A stretch of DNA of 64,000 bases from Thermoplasmata archaeon (GCA_015520045.1 WAQW01000018.1:16380-80379), one strand, 5' to 3'; shown: positions 1-8,317, counted from the first letter of the stretch. Numbers and translations are program-made. The notes: generated from the sequence alone by a model not told the origin.

Positions 1-221
1 GTGATCATTAACAAGTAAATATTAAAATGGAAAAACGTATGCTAGATTATAATGAAAATAAAAAGCGAGCCTTTTCCTGTTGAAATCAATATCACCGAAC
101 GTTCAAACCGGTGGCATGCAATATCTGAAGATGACGTCAATAATGCAGGTATATGCCACGCACGATTTTTTGAGTACGGGATTGCTTCTCAAAGAAGCGC
201 ATGGCGCTTTGACCATCTGAG

Positions 222-1184
222 GTGGTAATTATTTCCAATATTATCTTTCACCGCTGCGTTGAAAAGCACAGCGATTTCAAAAGCGAGGTACTGGCCGGCC
301 TCAGCAGGGAGCAGAAGAGCATCCCTCCCAAGCTTCTGTATGATGATAATGGATCTCATCTCTTCACGGAGATCACATCTCTGGATGAATACTATCTGAC
401 AAGACTGGAGAGTGAGATTCTGGCAGAGAACAGAGAGGAGATCTCAGAGATTCTCAGAGACACAAACACCCTCGTGGAGTTTGGAGGAGGAGATCTCTCA
501 AAGGCCAGAGGATTCATTGATATGATTCCTCAGCTTGAATGCTATGCCGTGGTGGATATAGCAGATGATTTCATGCTAAAGAATGCCAGAAAGCTTTCCA
601 AAATCTATCCAGACCTTAAGATAATCGCTATCTGTTCGGACTTCTCAAAGAGATTCGATCTCATAGATCTCCCGAAAACTGGTAAGAGTGCATTCCTTTT
701 CCTGGGCTCATCGATCGGTAATTTCGAACCCGCTCAGACCGTTGATTTCTTCAGGAACTGTTCCATGGCCATGAAAAATGGTGACCTTCTCATCCTTGGA
801 GTTGATGCTCCAAAGGACGTGAAAATTCTGGAGAGAGCGTACAACGATTCCAGAGGTATCACCGCGAAATTCAACCTCAATTTGCTGAGAAGAATAAACA
901 GAGAGATGGATGCGAATATTGATATCTCAAACTTCACACACAGGGCCATCTACAATCACAAGCTAAAAAGAATTGAGATGCATCTGGTTGTAAAAAAAGA
1001 TGACACATACACCATCTCAGGGCGATCAATAAGGTTCAGATCAGGTGAGCATATCCATACGGAGAATTCCTACAAGTATGACATTGAAGATGTAAAAATG
1101 TATGCCGGTAGAGCCGGTCTCAGGGTTAACAGAGTTTTCCAAGATAAGAATGGCTTCTATTCCGTTTACATGATCGGCAAATAG
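222..1184 (+). CDS. EgtD-family SAM-dependent methyltransferase (histidine N-alpha-methyltransferase-like)
   Basis: 320-aa ORF with a GTG start. Collinear by eye with mycobacterial EgtD over the full length (KSIPPKLLYDDNGSHLF, EYYLTR.E.EIL, LVEFGGGD, FLGSSIGNF, ITAKFNLNLLRRINRE, RIEMHL). Confidence 0.8.
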   Translation: MVIISNIIFHRCVEKHSDFKSEVLAGLSREQKSIPPKLLYDDNGSHLFTEITSLDEYYLTRLESEILAENREEISEILRDTNTLVEFGGGDLSKARGFIDMIPQLECYAVVDIADDFMLKNARKLSKIYPDLKIIAICSDFSKRFDLIDLPKTGKSAFLFLGSSIGNFEPAQTVDFFRNCSMAMKNGDLLILGVDAPKDVKILERAYNDSRGITAKFNLNLLRRINREMDANIDISNFTHRAIYNHKLKRIEMHLVVKKDDTYTISGRSIRFRSGEHIHTENSYKYDIEDVKMYAGRAGLRVNRVFQDKNGFYSVYMIGK

Positions 1185-1193
1185 AGATTGGAA

Positions 1194-1952
1194 TCAGCCA
1201 AAGTAACCAAGATCCTCTCCTGATGGAGAGTATGGCTGGTTCTCCTCCTGAATGCGACCGGTTATCTCCTCAATCTGCTTACTCTTAATCTGCAATTCCT
1301 TAAGATCGAGGTCAAGATCGAGTATCTCCTTCAGAACGACCAGTATCTTTATCGCGCCCTTGGGATCTGCGAAGTAGCCAGAGGTTTCTCCCATGAGGCA
1401 CACTCCATCAATGGAGAACATTTCCTTCGCAAGACCCAGCAGGAGGCCTGCAGAACCCACGATGCCACCGCCCGGCTCACCCTTGGGAAAGACAACTCCA
1501 CTCTTCTTCAGTGATGGCACGAGATCCTTTCTGGTGACGGCACCCAGAACACGGGGATCCTCAACAATTCGTCCCGTGCTGTATCCACCCAGAGTGTAGA
1601 TCATTGAAACATGTACATTCTTCAACATCGTGAGAATGTAATGGGATATTTCATACTGCCCCTCCTGGGTGGTGCTTTGCGAATCGCCCAGAAGAACCAG
1701 AAGATCAGGTTTGTCCCTGAACTTTTTGTAATAGACAGAATTTCTGACAAGATTGATCTCACCGTTTTCCTTTATGAGTACCTGTGGCGGAAAGAACTGA
1801 GAGAAGAGATCCCACATCTTCTTCATCTTCAGCTTCTCAACAAGGTACTCTGCAGCAATACGCCCAACATTTCCTATGCCTGGCAATCCACCAACGAGTA
1901 CCGGGCTCTTAAGCCGCGGTTTTCTGACTTCATTCAGTATTATTTTTTCCAA
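1194..1952 (-). CDS. PAC2-family protein (proteasome-assembly-chaperone-like)
   Basis: 252-aa ORF with a TTG start overlapping the nop10 stop. N-terminal LVGGLPGIGNVGRIAAEYLV motif is typical of the PAC2 family. Last gene of the conserved archaeal L44e-S27e-aIF2alpha-Nop10-PAC2 cluster. Confidence 0.75.
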   Translation of the reverse strand: MEKIILNEVRKPRLKSPVLVGGLPGIGNVGRIAAEYLVEKLKMKKMWDLFSQFFPPQVLIKENGEINLVRNSVYYKKFRDKPDLLVLLGDSQSTTQEGQYEISHYILTMLKNVHVSMIYTLGGYSTGRIVEDPRVLGAVTRKDLVPSLKKSGVVFPKGEPGGGIVGSAGLLLGLAKEMFSIDGVCLMGETSGYFADPKGAIKILVVLKEILDLDLDLKELQIKSKQIEEITGRIQEENQPYSPSGEDLGYFG

Positions 1953-2109
1953 TCAGTTCACCCTTCTCTTTCAATCTGTATTTCTGAAACCGATCAACAG
2001 GAGAATATCTGGGTGGAATCGCCATAACTGTTTCCTCACCACAGATATCGCAGACGGATTTCATTGTGTAGATCCCACACCTTTTACATTTCCTTATCAA
2101 GGATTTCAT
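1930..2109 (-). CDS. nop10: H/ACA RNP protein Nop10
   Basis: 59-aa ORF absent from the supplied track, hand-translated: MKSLIRKCKRCGIYTMKSVCDICGEETVMAIPPRYSPVDRFQKYRLKEKGELIGKNNTE. Has a CxxC..CxxC zinc ribbon and the PPRYSPxD..KYR signature. Its ATG directly abuts the aIF2alpha stop. Confidence 0.9.
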   Translation of the reverse strand: MKSLIRKCKRCGIYTMKSVCDICGEETVMAIPPRYSPVDRFQKYRLKEKGELIGKNNTE

Positions 2110-2865
2110 TTACGTTCTCTTGAATTCAGCATGAACACCGACTTCCTTTGCCCTGCCGATGATCATATCAACCTTCAATTTCAGTATCTCCTCAGCACTC
2201 TTAAAGTCTTTGTCCACCACTGAAATTCGATACACCGGAGCGCCCTGATAGGTGACTCGAACATTCCTATCGCTGACATCTTCCACGCACGATTTGACCC
2301 TTAGAACCCCATCAGATTCAAGAGAGTATAGTTCAAGCTCACCGCCTATGGTCACCTCCGCGGGTGATATGTTTTCCCTTGCAACCTGGACGAATACCTC
2401 TTTCCACGGATCATTAACATCCGGGAGCCAGTTCTCAGATTCGACTGCGTCTTCAAATGCGCCGTACAGAGTTTCATAGTTATCCACGAGGGCATCGGCG
2501 AATTCTCTCCTGCAGTTTTCAACGGTTGTGTTCAACCTCGCAGCGACGATTTCAAGAAGCTTGTTTGCCTTCTGCTCGTTCTTCCACTCCGAGATCTTTT
2601 CCCTCTTCTGGTGCTGGTTTACCCTCTTCAGAGATAGTTCAACATACCTTCTGGAGGCATCAGTGCTTAGAACCTTACAAACAACATTCTGACCCTCCTT
2701 CAGATAGTTTCGTATGTTCTTCACCCAGCCTCTCGCCACCTCGGCGATGTGGATAAAACCGCGCACATTCTCGTACTCGACCAGTATTACCTTAGCGCCG
2801 AACCCTCGTACCTCTCGGGCGGACGCAATCACAAGATCCCCTGTCTCCGGAAGATCCCTCTTCAT
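2110..2865 (-). CDS. eif2a: translation initiation factor aIF-2 alpha subunit
   Basis: 251-aa ORF with an N-terminal S1-like domain (GDLVIASAREVRGFGAKVILVEYENVRGFIHIAEVA) followed by helical and alpha-beta domains. Conserved neighbourhood. Confidence 0.9.
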   Translation of the reverse strand: MKRDLPETGDLVIASAREVRGFGAKVILVEYENVRGFIHIAEVARGWVKNIRNYLKEGQNVVCKVLSTDASRRYVELSLKRVNQHQKREKISEWKNEQKANKLLEIVAARLNTTVENCRREFADALVDNYETLYGAFEDAVESENWLPDVNDPWKEVFVQVARENISPAEVTIGGELELYSLESDGVLRVKSCVEDVSDRNVRVTYQGAPVYRISVVDKDFKSAEEILKLKVDMIIGRAKEVGVHAEFKRT

Positions 2866-3068
2866 CTTACTTCCTCAACGGTTTCTGATATCGTGGAAAG
2901 TATCCCACCAGTGGGTTTGGCCAGAAGCGCCCCACAGATGAGACAGTGTACTTCCGAAGATATCCTGCTGTACGTTATCTGCTCGTTGCTGCAATCCGGG
3001 CACACTATCCGGACAAACCCGTTCTGATTCACCTTTATCTTCCTGAATGCTCTCTCAGCCATTCTCAA
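2862..3068 (-). CDS. rps27e: 30S ribosomal protein S27e
   Basis: 68-aa ORF with a CPDC...CLIC zinc ribbon. 4-nt overlaps with both neighbours. Confidence 0.9.
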   Translation of the reverse strand: MRMAERAFRKIKVNQNGFVRIVCPDCSNEQITYSRISSEVHCLICGALLAKPTGGILSTISETVEEVR

Positions 3069-3346
3069 GCCTCCACCAATTCAAATTTTCTGGCTCTCTT
3101 GGTGGGCGGCGTGACCGCAAACTTACACACCTTGCACCTGAGCCTTATAGATATTCTCTTGGTCGGCTTCTCCCTGCCCTCAAAACGGGGTCTGGGAAAA
3201 CCTCCGTAACCGGCGGTAACCCTTCTGAATCTCCTCTGGCCTGCTTTCAATTCACTGGGCTTCTTCTTTCTCACCCTTTCAACCTCATGATCCGTATGAG
3301 TACGACACTTTGGACAGTAAGCCCTGACCGTTTTAGGCATCTTCAT
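3065..3346 (-). CDS. rpl44e: 50S ribosomal protein L44e
   Basis: 93-aa ORF, YCPKCRTHTDH...CKVCK, basic composition, first gene of the cluster. Confidence 0.9.
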   Translation of the reverse strand: MKMPKTVRAYCPKCRTHTDHEVERVRKKKPSELKAGQRRFRRVTAGYGGFPRPRFEGREKPTKRISIRLRCKVCKFAVTPPTKRARKFELVEA

Positions 3347-3573
3347 ATTTTATTCACCATATCCCGACCCATTCTATCAGGTCAACTGGACGTTTTGCTC
3401 TAACGACATAACAATGTTGGATATAAGCATTTAAGGTTTCTCTTGTTGAACCATAAAACTCACCATTGTAGAAAAAATATCATAGGAAAGGAAAGAATGA
3501 TGTTCTCATTTAAAAAGGAAAATTAGAATGGGGACATTTAAATCGCACCTGCATGATTCAAATACAAATAAAG

Positions 3574-3584
3574 TTATATATATT
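3574..3584 (+). promoter_or_regulatory. TATA-box-like element (TTATATATATT) for the LSm-L37e-purF transcript
   Basis: A/T element centred about 28 nt upstream of the ATG at 3607, consistent with a leaderless or near-leaderless archaeal mRNA. Confidence 0.5.
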
Positions 3585-3606
3585 CCTAAAATCCTGCAGA
3601 GCTATC

Positions 3607-3861
3607 ATGTCAAAATATCAACAGGGATTTCAAAAGCCAATGGATATTCTTCGGAGGTCCATCAACAGCAACATACTGGTGGATGTTCGTGGAAACAGGC
3701 AGTACTCCGGCATTCTCGATGGATATGATATATACATGAATCTCGTGATCAGGAATGCCATGGAAACTATAAACGGAGAATCGCAGGGAACGCACAGTAT
3801 CATGCTGGTGCGTGGGGACAACGTAGTGTTTGTATCTCCATCGGAGGAGGATTCCACATGA
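3607..3861 (+). CDS. Sm-like archaeal protein (LSm/SmAP)
   Basis: Track ORF 3553..3861 trimmed to the ATG at 3607 (MSKYQQGFQKPMDILRRSINSNILVDVRGNRQYSGILDGYDIYMNLVI..VRGDNVVFVS has Sm1/Sm2 motifs). The upstream 18 codons overlap the TATA element. Confidence 0.85.
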   Translation: MSKYQQGFQKPMDILRRSINSNILVDVRGNRQYSGILDGYDIYMNLVIRNAMETINGESQGTHSIMLVRGDNVVFVSPSEEDST

Positions 3862-4022
3862 GCAACGGAACTGCTGCAATGGGAAAGATAAACAAAAAGA
3901 AGGTTCACATAAGATGTAGAAGATGTGGTCACCACTCATACCACATAAGAAAAAAGAGGTGTTCCCACTGTGGATTTCCGGCACCCAGAATTCGACACTA
4001 TAACTGGGCAAAAGCCAAGTGA
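3858..4022 (+). CDS. rpl37e: 50S ribosomal protein L37e
   Basis: 54-aa ORF absent from the track, hand-translated: MSNGTAAMGKINKKKVHIRCRRCGHHSYHIRKKRCSHCGFPAPRIRHYNWAKAK. ATGA overlap with the LSm stop. LSm-L37e is a conserved archaeal pair. Confidence 0.9.
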   Translation: MSNGTAAMGKINKKKVHIRCRRCGHHSYHIRKKRCSHCGFPAPRIRHYNWAKAK

Positions 4023-5412
4023 AGATTGTGCCGTCATAGGCATTACAGGGACTGTTCCAGTTTTTTCAAGTCTTGTACTGGGTTTGAAGAGCCTTCAACA
4101 CAGAGGGCAGGAAAGCGCGGGAATATCCCTTTACAATGGTGGGAAGATAAAACTCATAAAGGGCCCCGGCCTTGTATCAGAGGTCTTTGGCCCCGAAACT
4201 GAGCTTCCTGAAGCTTTTGCGGACTCATCGGTAGGGATAGGCCATACCAGATACTCCACAAAAGGCTCGAAATCTTCTCAGAATGCTGGTCCTTTCGCAC
4301 TCTCGGGTGCAGCTGGTTACTTCTCAGTCTCGCACAATGGAGAGATTACCAACGCAGAGGATCTGAGAAGGGATCTCAAAAGAAGAGGTGTTGCCTTTGT
4401 CACAAACAGCGACACGGAGGTTCTTCTGGCGGAGATAGCCAGGGACATCTCTCAGAGGGGGGTGGAAGATGGACTCCGTTATGCCATGTCAAGGCTGAAA
4501 GGGGCTTACTCGCTGGCACTCCTCATAAATGAAAGGCTTTTTGCTGTGAGGGATCCTCACGGATTCAGACCGCTCGTTATTGGAAAAACGAAGGAAAGCT
4601 TTATGGTTGCATCTGAATCATGCACCTTTGACGTGCTTGGTGGGGAGCTAATCCGAGATGTTCTTCCTGGCGAGGTTATTGAACTGACACCAAGAAGCTA
4701 TCGGAGCCTGTTTCGCATCACAGGATCGATATCTCACTGTATGTTTGAATATGTCTACTTCGCGAGACCTGACAGCATAATAGATTCTGCAGAGGTCTTC
4801 AGAACGAGGATTGAGCTTGGCAGAATCCTTGCAAGAGAACATCCGGTAGATGCAGATGTTGTGATACCGGTACCTGATTCTGGAAGAGCACAGTCACTGG
4901 GATTTTCAGAGGAATCGGGCATAAAGTACAGTGAGGGATTGATCAAGAACAGGTACTCGGGAAGAACATTTATCATGCCAACCCAGGAGGGGAGGGTAAA
5001 CGCCATAAGGCTAAAGCTAAACCCCATAAAATCCGCCATTGAGGGGAAGAGGGTTGTTCTGGTTGATGACAGCATAGTTCGTGGCAACACAATAAAGCGC
5101 ATAGTCAGCATCCTGAGGAAGCAAGGAGCTAAGGAGGTGCACGTGAGAATAGGCTCTCCAATGATAGTGGCTCCATGCTATTATGGTGTCGACATGAAGA
5201 CCAGAAAAGATTTTATCGCACGTGATCGTACTGCCAGGGAGATCTGCAAAGAAGTTGGTGCGGATTCGCTGGAATACCTCTCCATTGATGGTCTCATCAG
5301 GGGAATCGGGATGCCTTCTGAAAGACTTTGTAAGGCTTGCCTGACCGGTGTTTACCCGGAACCAATTCCAGAGATGGAGAAGGTCGTTCAGAGAGAACTC
5401 GAAACCTACTGA
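3970..5412 (+). CDS. purF: amidophosphoribosyltransferase (Fe-S type, with N-terminal propeptide)
   Basis: 480-aa ORF. Nucleophile Cys in ..SEDCAVIGI.., then LQHRGQESAGI and a PRTase motif VVLVDDSIVRGNT. Cys residues at positions matching the B. subtilis-type 4Fe-4S ligands (SHCMFEY, APCYYG, CKACL). The only in-frame start upstream of the Cys is ATG 3970. Confidence 0.9.
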   Translation: MDFRHPEFDTITGQKPSEDCAVIGITGTVPVFSSLVLGLKSLQHRGQESAGISLYNGGKIKLIKGPGLVSEVFGPETELPEAFADSSVGIGHTRYSTKGSKSSQNAGPFALSGAAGYFSVSHNGEITNAEDLRRDLKRRGVAFVTNSDTEVLLAEIARDISQRGVEDGLRYAMSRLKGAYSLALLINERLFAVRDPHGFRPLVIGKTKESFMVASESCTFDVLGGELIRDVLPGEVIELTPRSYRSLFRITGSISHCMFEYVYFARPDSIIDSAEVFRTRIELGRILAREHPVDADVVIPVPDSGRAQSLGFSEESGIKYSEGLIKNRYSGRTFIMPTQEGRVNAIRLKLNPIKSAIEGKRVVLVDDSIVRGNTIKRIVSILRKQGAKEVHVRIGSPMIVAPCYYGVDMKTRKDFIARDRTAREICKEVGADSLEYLSIDGLIRGIGMPSERLCKACLTGVYPEPIPEMEKVVQRELETY

Positions 5413-6254
5413 CCCTTTAACCTGTTCATTTTTTTCTGTATGCCGGCCTTGATGCTTTTGGTATCAATCTTGTGGCCAGCAAGGTCCGCACGCACACAGA
5501 TTGATACCTTACCGGCAATCATTCGGCTGGCTTTGCCTCTCTTATTCCGTGGGAGTGATGTGAGCCCCGGATATTTGAATAGAATGCCATGTTTGGGCGG
5601 CGGGGTCCGTGAGACCATATGCTTGAAAAGAGCCGTTTCAGCACCAAGAGTCTGGATCGTGGAAGAGGGCATAAATGCCAGCCTTTTAAGGCTCCCAGCT
5701 CTCTGAAGGAGTTCAGCGGCAAGGGGCTCCCCCGTGATGGCTGATGTGTTGGGAAGTACTTTCCTGGTTAACCTGACGATAAGGTCATCCAGATAAGACC
5801 TCAGATCGCACAAATTTTTTCCCTCGGAAAAGATGCGTTCAAGGGGCTCCCTGAATTCATTCACCTCCACCACCTTTCTGAAGAGGCCGCATGGATCTGA
5901 AGACGGCAATCCTTCCCTGAAAAAGAAAGATAGCCCGAGAACCTTCTCGAAGTAACTGTTTATCAGGCGATCTAGCTCAATTCTAAGTGACAAAAATTTC
6001 AGAAGCTTCTGGTCATCTGTGAACTCTTCTCTTATTCGTCTTCTTGCCATCTCTATGGCCGCGGTTCTGAGATCGGGGATGTTTTCTTTGCTGATCGGAT
6101 CTTTTTCCAGCGGTGGCACCTCTCCCCTTCTTAGTTTTTCCAGGAGTGAAACGGGATCCTCCAGAAGTCCTCTGAACGGGTAAATCTCCTCTCCCACCTT
6201 TCTTCCGAACCAGAATATTTTCTCTCTGCCCTCCTTTTTCAGTTCTCTCACCAC
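5406..6254 (-). CDS. nop5: Nop5 (Nop56/58)-like C/D box RNP core protein, short form
   Basis: 282-aa ORF with a GTG start. C-terminal Nop domain (GEPLAAELLQRAGSLKRLAFMPSSTIQTLGAETALFKH...PKHGILFKYP...RGKASRMIAGKVSICVRAD). The start is uncertain because the first 242 nt overlap the cbf5 reading frame. Confidence 0.8.
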   Translation of the reverse strand: MVRELKKEGREKIFWFGRKVGEEIYPFRGLLEDPVSLLEKLRRGEVPPLEKDPISKENIPDLRTAAIEMARRRIREEFTDDQKLLKFLSLRIELDRLINSYFEKVLGLSFFFREGLPSSDPCGLFRKVVEVNEFREPLERIFSEGKNLCDLRSYLDDLIVRLTRKVLPNTSAITGEPLAAELLQRAGSLKRLAFMPSSTIQTLGAETALFKHMVSRTPPPKHGILFKYPGLTSLPRNKRGKASRMIAGKVSICVRADLAGHKIDTKSIKAGIQKKMNRLKGQ

Positions 6255-7095
6255 CGCCGATGGGTTCGATCAGGACCCTTTCAAGATCGACCACCTTTAA
6301 CGAATCAATATCATCATATGATACAAGCATTTTTCCCGTGCCGATCACCTCATTATCTTCAGAAAGCAGGCAGACACGATCTCCGCGTTTTGGCCTTCCG
6401 ATCACAGCCCTTATACCTCCTGGATAAAGATCGGAGCCGTGAGATATGTTCCGGAGAGACGATCTTTTAACGATGATCTTCGGAGTATCCCTGAAGAGAA
6501 AATCAACCGGAAGCAAAATCTTGTCGAGTTCACTTGTTACGCCCAGTTCCAGAAGCTTCAGAGCATCGGAGAAATCTTGCAGTGTTACCATGTGCTCCTC
6601 ACGGAACGGCCCGGTGGCGATCCTTCGCAACTCAACCATGTGCGCCCCCGTTCCCACTGCATAACCCATATCCACACACAGCGTCCGTATGTACGTTCCA
6701 GAGTCACAAACTGTTCTCATAAGGGCCCTTTTGCCTGAAACTTCAAGAAGATCCAGAGTGTGAATCTTTCGAACGCGCAAACGCCGCGCCACTGCGGAAC
6801 GCTCCGGGGGAATCTGATAGACATTTCCCCGAAACAGATTGATAACCTCCTGTATTGATTCGGTGGAAATGGAACTGTGGAATTCTATTACAAAAATGTA
6901 CTCCTTGCTGCTCTCATGTACAATATCTATGAGCCTCGTGGCGCGACCGAGAGCCATCACAAGAACTCCCGTTGCATTGGGATCGAGAGTCCCCACGTGA
7001 CCAACTCGCTGCTCACCCGTGAGCGAGCGAACCCAGTAATCTATCTGATGGCTCGTTGGGCCCCTGGGTTTATCTATAACAACAAAACCTTCCAT
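6013..7095 (-). CDS. cbf5: H/ACA RNP pseudouridine synthase Cbf5 (TruB family with PUA domain) with an unusual basic C-terminal tail
   Basis: 360-aa ORF. Motifs DKPRGPTSH, GHVGTLDPNATGVL, QIPPERSAV, CDSGTYIRTLC, and a PUA-like region ending near VVDLERVLIEPI. ATGA overlap with the cmk stop. The last about 80 codons are G/R/K-rich and overlap nop5 out of frame. Confidence 0.85.
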   Translation of the reverse strand: MEGFVVIDKPRGPTSHQIDYWVRSLTGEQRVGHVGTLDPNATGVLVMALGRATRLIDIVHESSKEYIFVIEFHSSISTESIQEVINLFRGNVYQIPPERSAVARRLRVRKIHTLDLLEVSGKRALMRTVCDSGTYIRTLCVDMGYAVGTGAHMVELRRIATGPFREEHMVTLQDFSDALKLLELGVTSELDKILLPVDFLFRDTPKIIVKRSSLRNISHGSDLYPGGIRAVIGRPKRGDRVCLLSEDNEVIGTGKMLVSYDDIDSLKVVDLERVLIEPIGGGERTEKGGQRENILVRKKGGRGDLPVQRTSGGSRFTPGKTKKGRGATAGKRSDQQRKHPRSQNRGHRDGKKTNKRRVHR

Positions 7096-7631
7096 CAGGC
7101 CATCATCTCATCCACGGCGGCCATTATCACCTTTGCAACAGAAGCAGCGCTAAGGGACGTTGAGTCTATCACAAGATCGTAAATTTCAAGGTTGTGTATG
7201 TCTATACCGTAGAACTCCCTGTAACGCCTGGACTCAGACTCCTCCCTCTGGAGTATCTTCAGGTTCGTTTCACTGGTAGCTTCTTTCTCCCTCGATGCCA
7301 CCCTCCTCACTCGCTCGGCCCTATTTGCCTTTATGTAGATCTTTAATGCATCTACGCCGCTGTTGTGGGCAAGCCATCCCGCAAGGCGTGAATCCACCAC
7401 AATACCGTCATTTTTTCTGATCAGGGAGAGAAGCTTGTCATCCTGTTCCCTATCGATCTCCGGATGCTTCTCAGCGTAGAGGTTGAAATGTTCAATATCC
7501 ATTCCCATTTCAGATGCGATCTTTCTGAAGACCTCCCCCCCGGAGAGATACATATAATCAAGGCGAGATGCGATTAGACGAGCAACAGTTGACTTACCGC
7601 TTCCAATGGAACCGCTAACAGTTATCCTCAT
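7095..7631 (-). CDS. cmk: cytidylate kinase (archaeal type)
   Basis: 178-aa ORF with P-loop SGSIGSGKST. Canonical position after adk and DUF106 in the archaeal spc-operon tail. Confidence 0.85.
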   Translation of the reverse strand: MRITVSGSIGSGKSTVARLIASRLDYMYLSGGEVFRKIASEMGMDIEHFNLYAEKHPEIDREQDDKLLSLIRKNDGIVVDSRLAGWLAHNSGVDALKIYIKANRAERVRRVASREKEATSETNLKILQREESESRRYREFYGIDIHNLEIYDLVIDSTSLSAASVAKVIMAAVDEMMA

Positions 7632-8317
7632 TCTTCCTCTTCATATTTCTTCAGTCTATAGGAAAAATCTATCCACTTTATGACCATCGTGGCGAGGTAA
7701 CCGAAAACGAGACTTGCAATCATGTACAATGCTATCCACGAGGGAATGAACGAAATGAGGAACTTGGATTTAGCTATGTTTATACCGACCGCCCAGGGAA
7801 CACTGATGAGCTTATACGGAATCTCATAGATGTAAACGTCAAGCCATATGAATATGAGCAGAGTGAACACCGTGAGTATCATAAGCGGCTTCATGGTGTT
7901 CATGGAAATCTGCTGGGATTCCATGGTAACCTCCATCTGCTTCTTTCTGAGCTTCTGGATTTTCTGGTGATCGTTGGCCCTGTATGCCTCTCTCAAAGCC
8001 TTTGAATAGGCGCGAGTGTGAAGCTGCATCTTACCCATCTTAACCCAGTCGGTGAAGAAGTACCTTGGCACCGACGTTATGATCCCTATCAGAATACCTG
8101 AGAGAACAAGAGTGAGAAGCGGATACACTCCATTAAAACCGATTACCGGGCCAAGAAAATCATTGGCCGCACCACCTATTGCAACGCGAAGGGAATTGTT
8201 TGATATCACAATTATCATGCCAAAACTGATTATGATGTATATGAACTGAAATCTGAGCATCTTCTTCTGAGCCTCGCTCATCGGAGGAGGCGGCGACCGA
8301 TTACCTGGAGCTGGCAA
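7628..8317 (-). CDS. DUF106-family membrane protein (archaeal YidC/Oxa1/EMC3-like insertase homologue)
   Basis: 229-aa ORF with TM helices flanking a charged coiled region (KALREAYRANDHQKIQKLRKKQMEVTMESQQ). Conserved position between adk and cmk. Confidence 0.75.
   Translation of the reverse strand: MPAPGNRSPPPPMSEAQKKMLRFQFIYIIISFGMIIVISNNSLRVAIGGAANDFLGPVIGFNGVYPLLTLVLSGILIGIITSVPRYFFTDWVKMGKMQLHTRAYSKALREAYRANDHQKIQKLRKKQMEVTMESQQISMNTMKPLMILTVFTLLIFIWLDVYIYEIPYKLISVPWAVGINIAKSKFLISFIPSWIALYMIASLVFGYLATMVIKWIDFSYRLKKYEEEE

Noticed and set aside
52-228. 58-codon ORF (MKIKSEPFPVEINITERSNRWHAISEDDVNNAGICHARFFEYGIASQRSAWRFDHLRW) upstream of and overlapping the EgtD-like start.
   Set aside because: No recognisable family and no clear promoter or SD. 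It is below the size where an ORF alone is evidence, and it sits at the window edge. Left unannotated.
3483-3505. Purine-rich motif ATAGGAAAG(GAAAG)AATGA shared between the L44e/LSm spacer (about 3483-3505) and the rps6e/surface-protein spacer (about 39437-39452).
   Set aside because: It is a match of only about 14 nt of low-complexity sequence, and several such matches are expected by chance in 64 kb. There is no consistent position relative to start codons.
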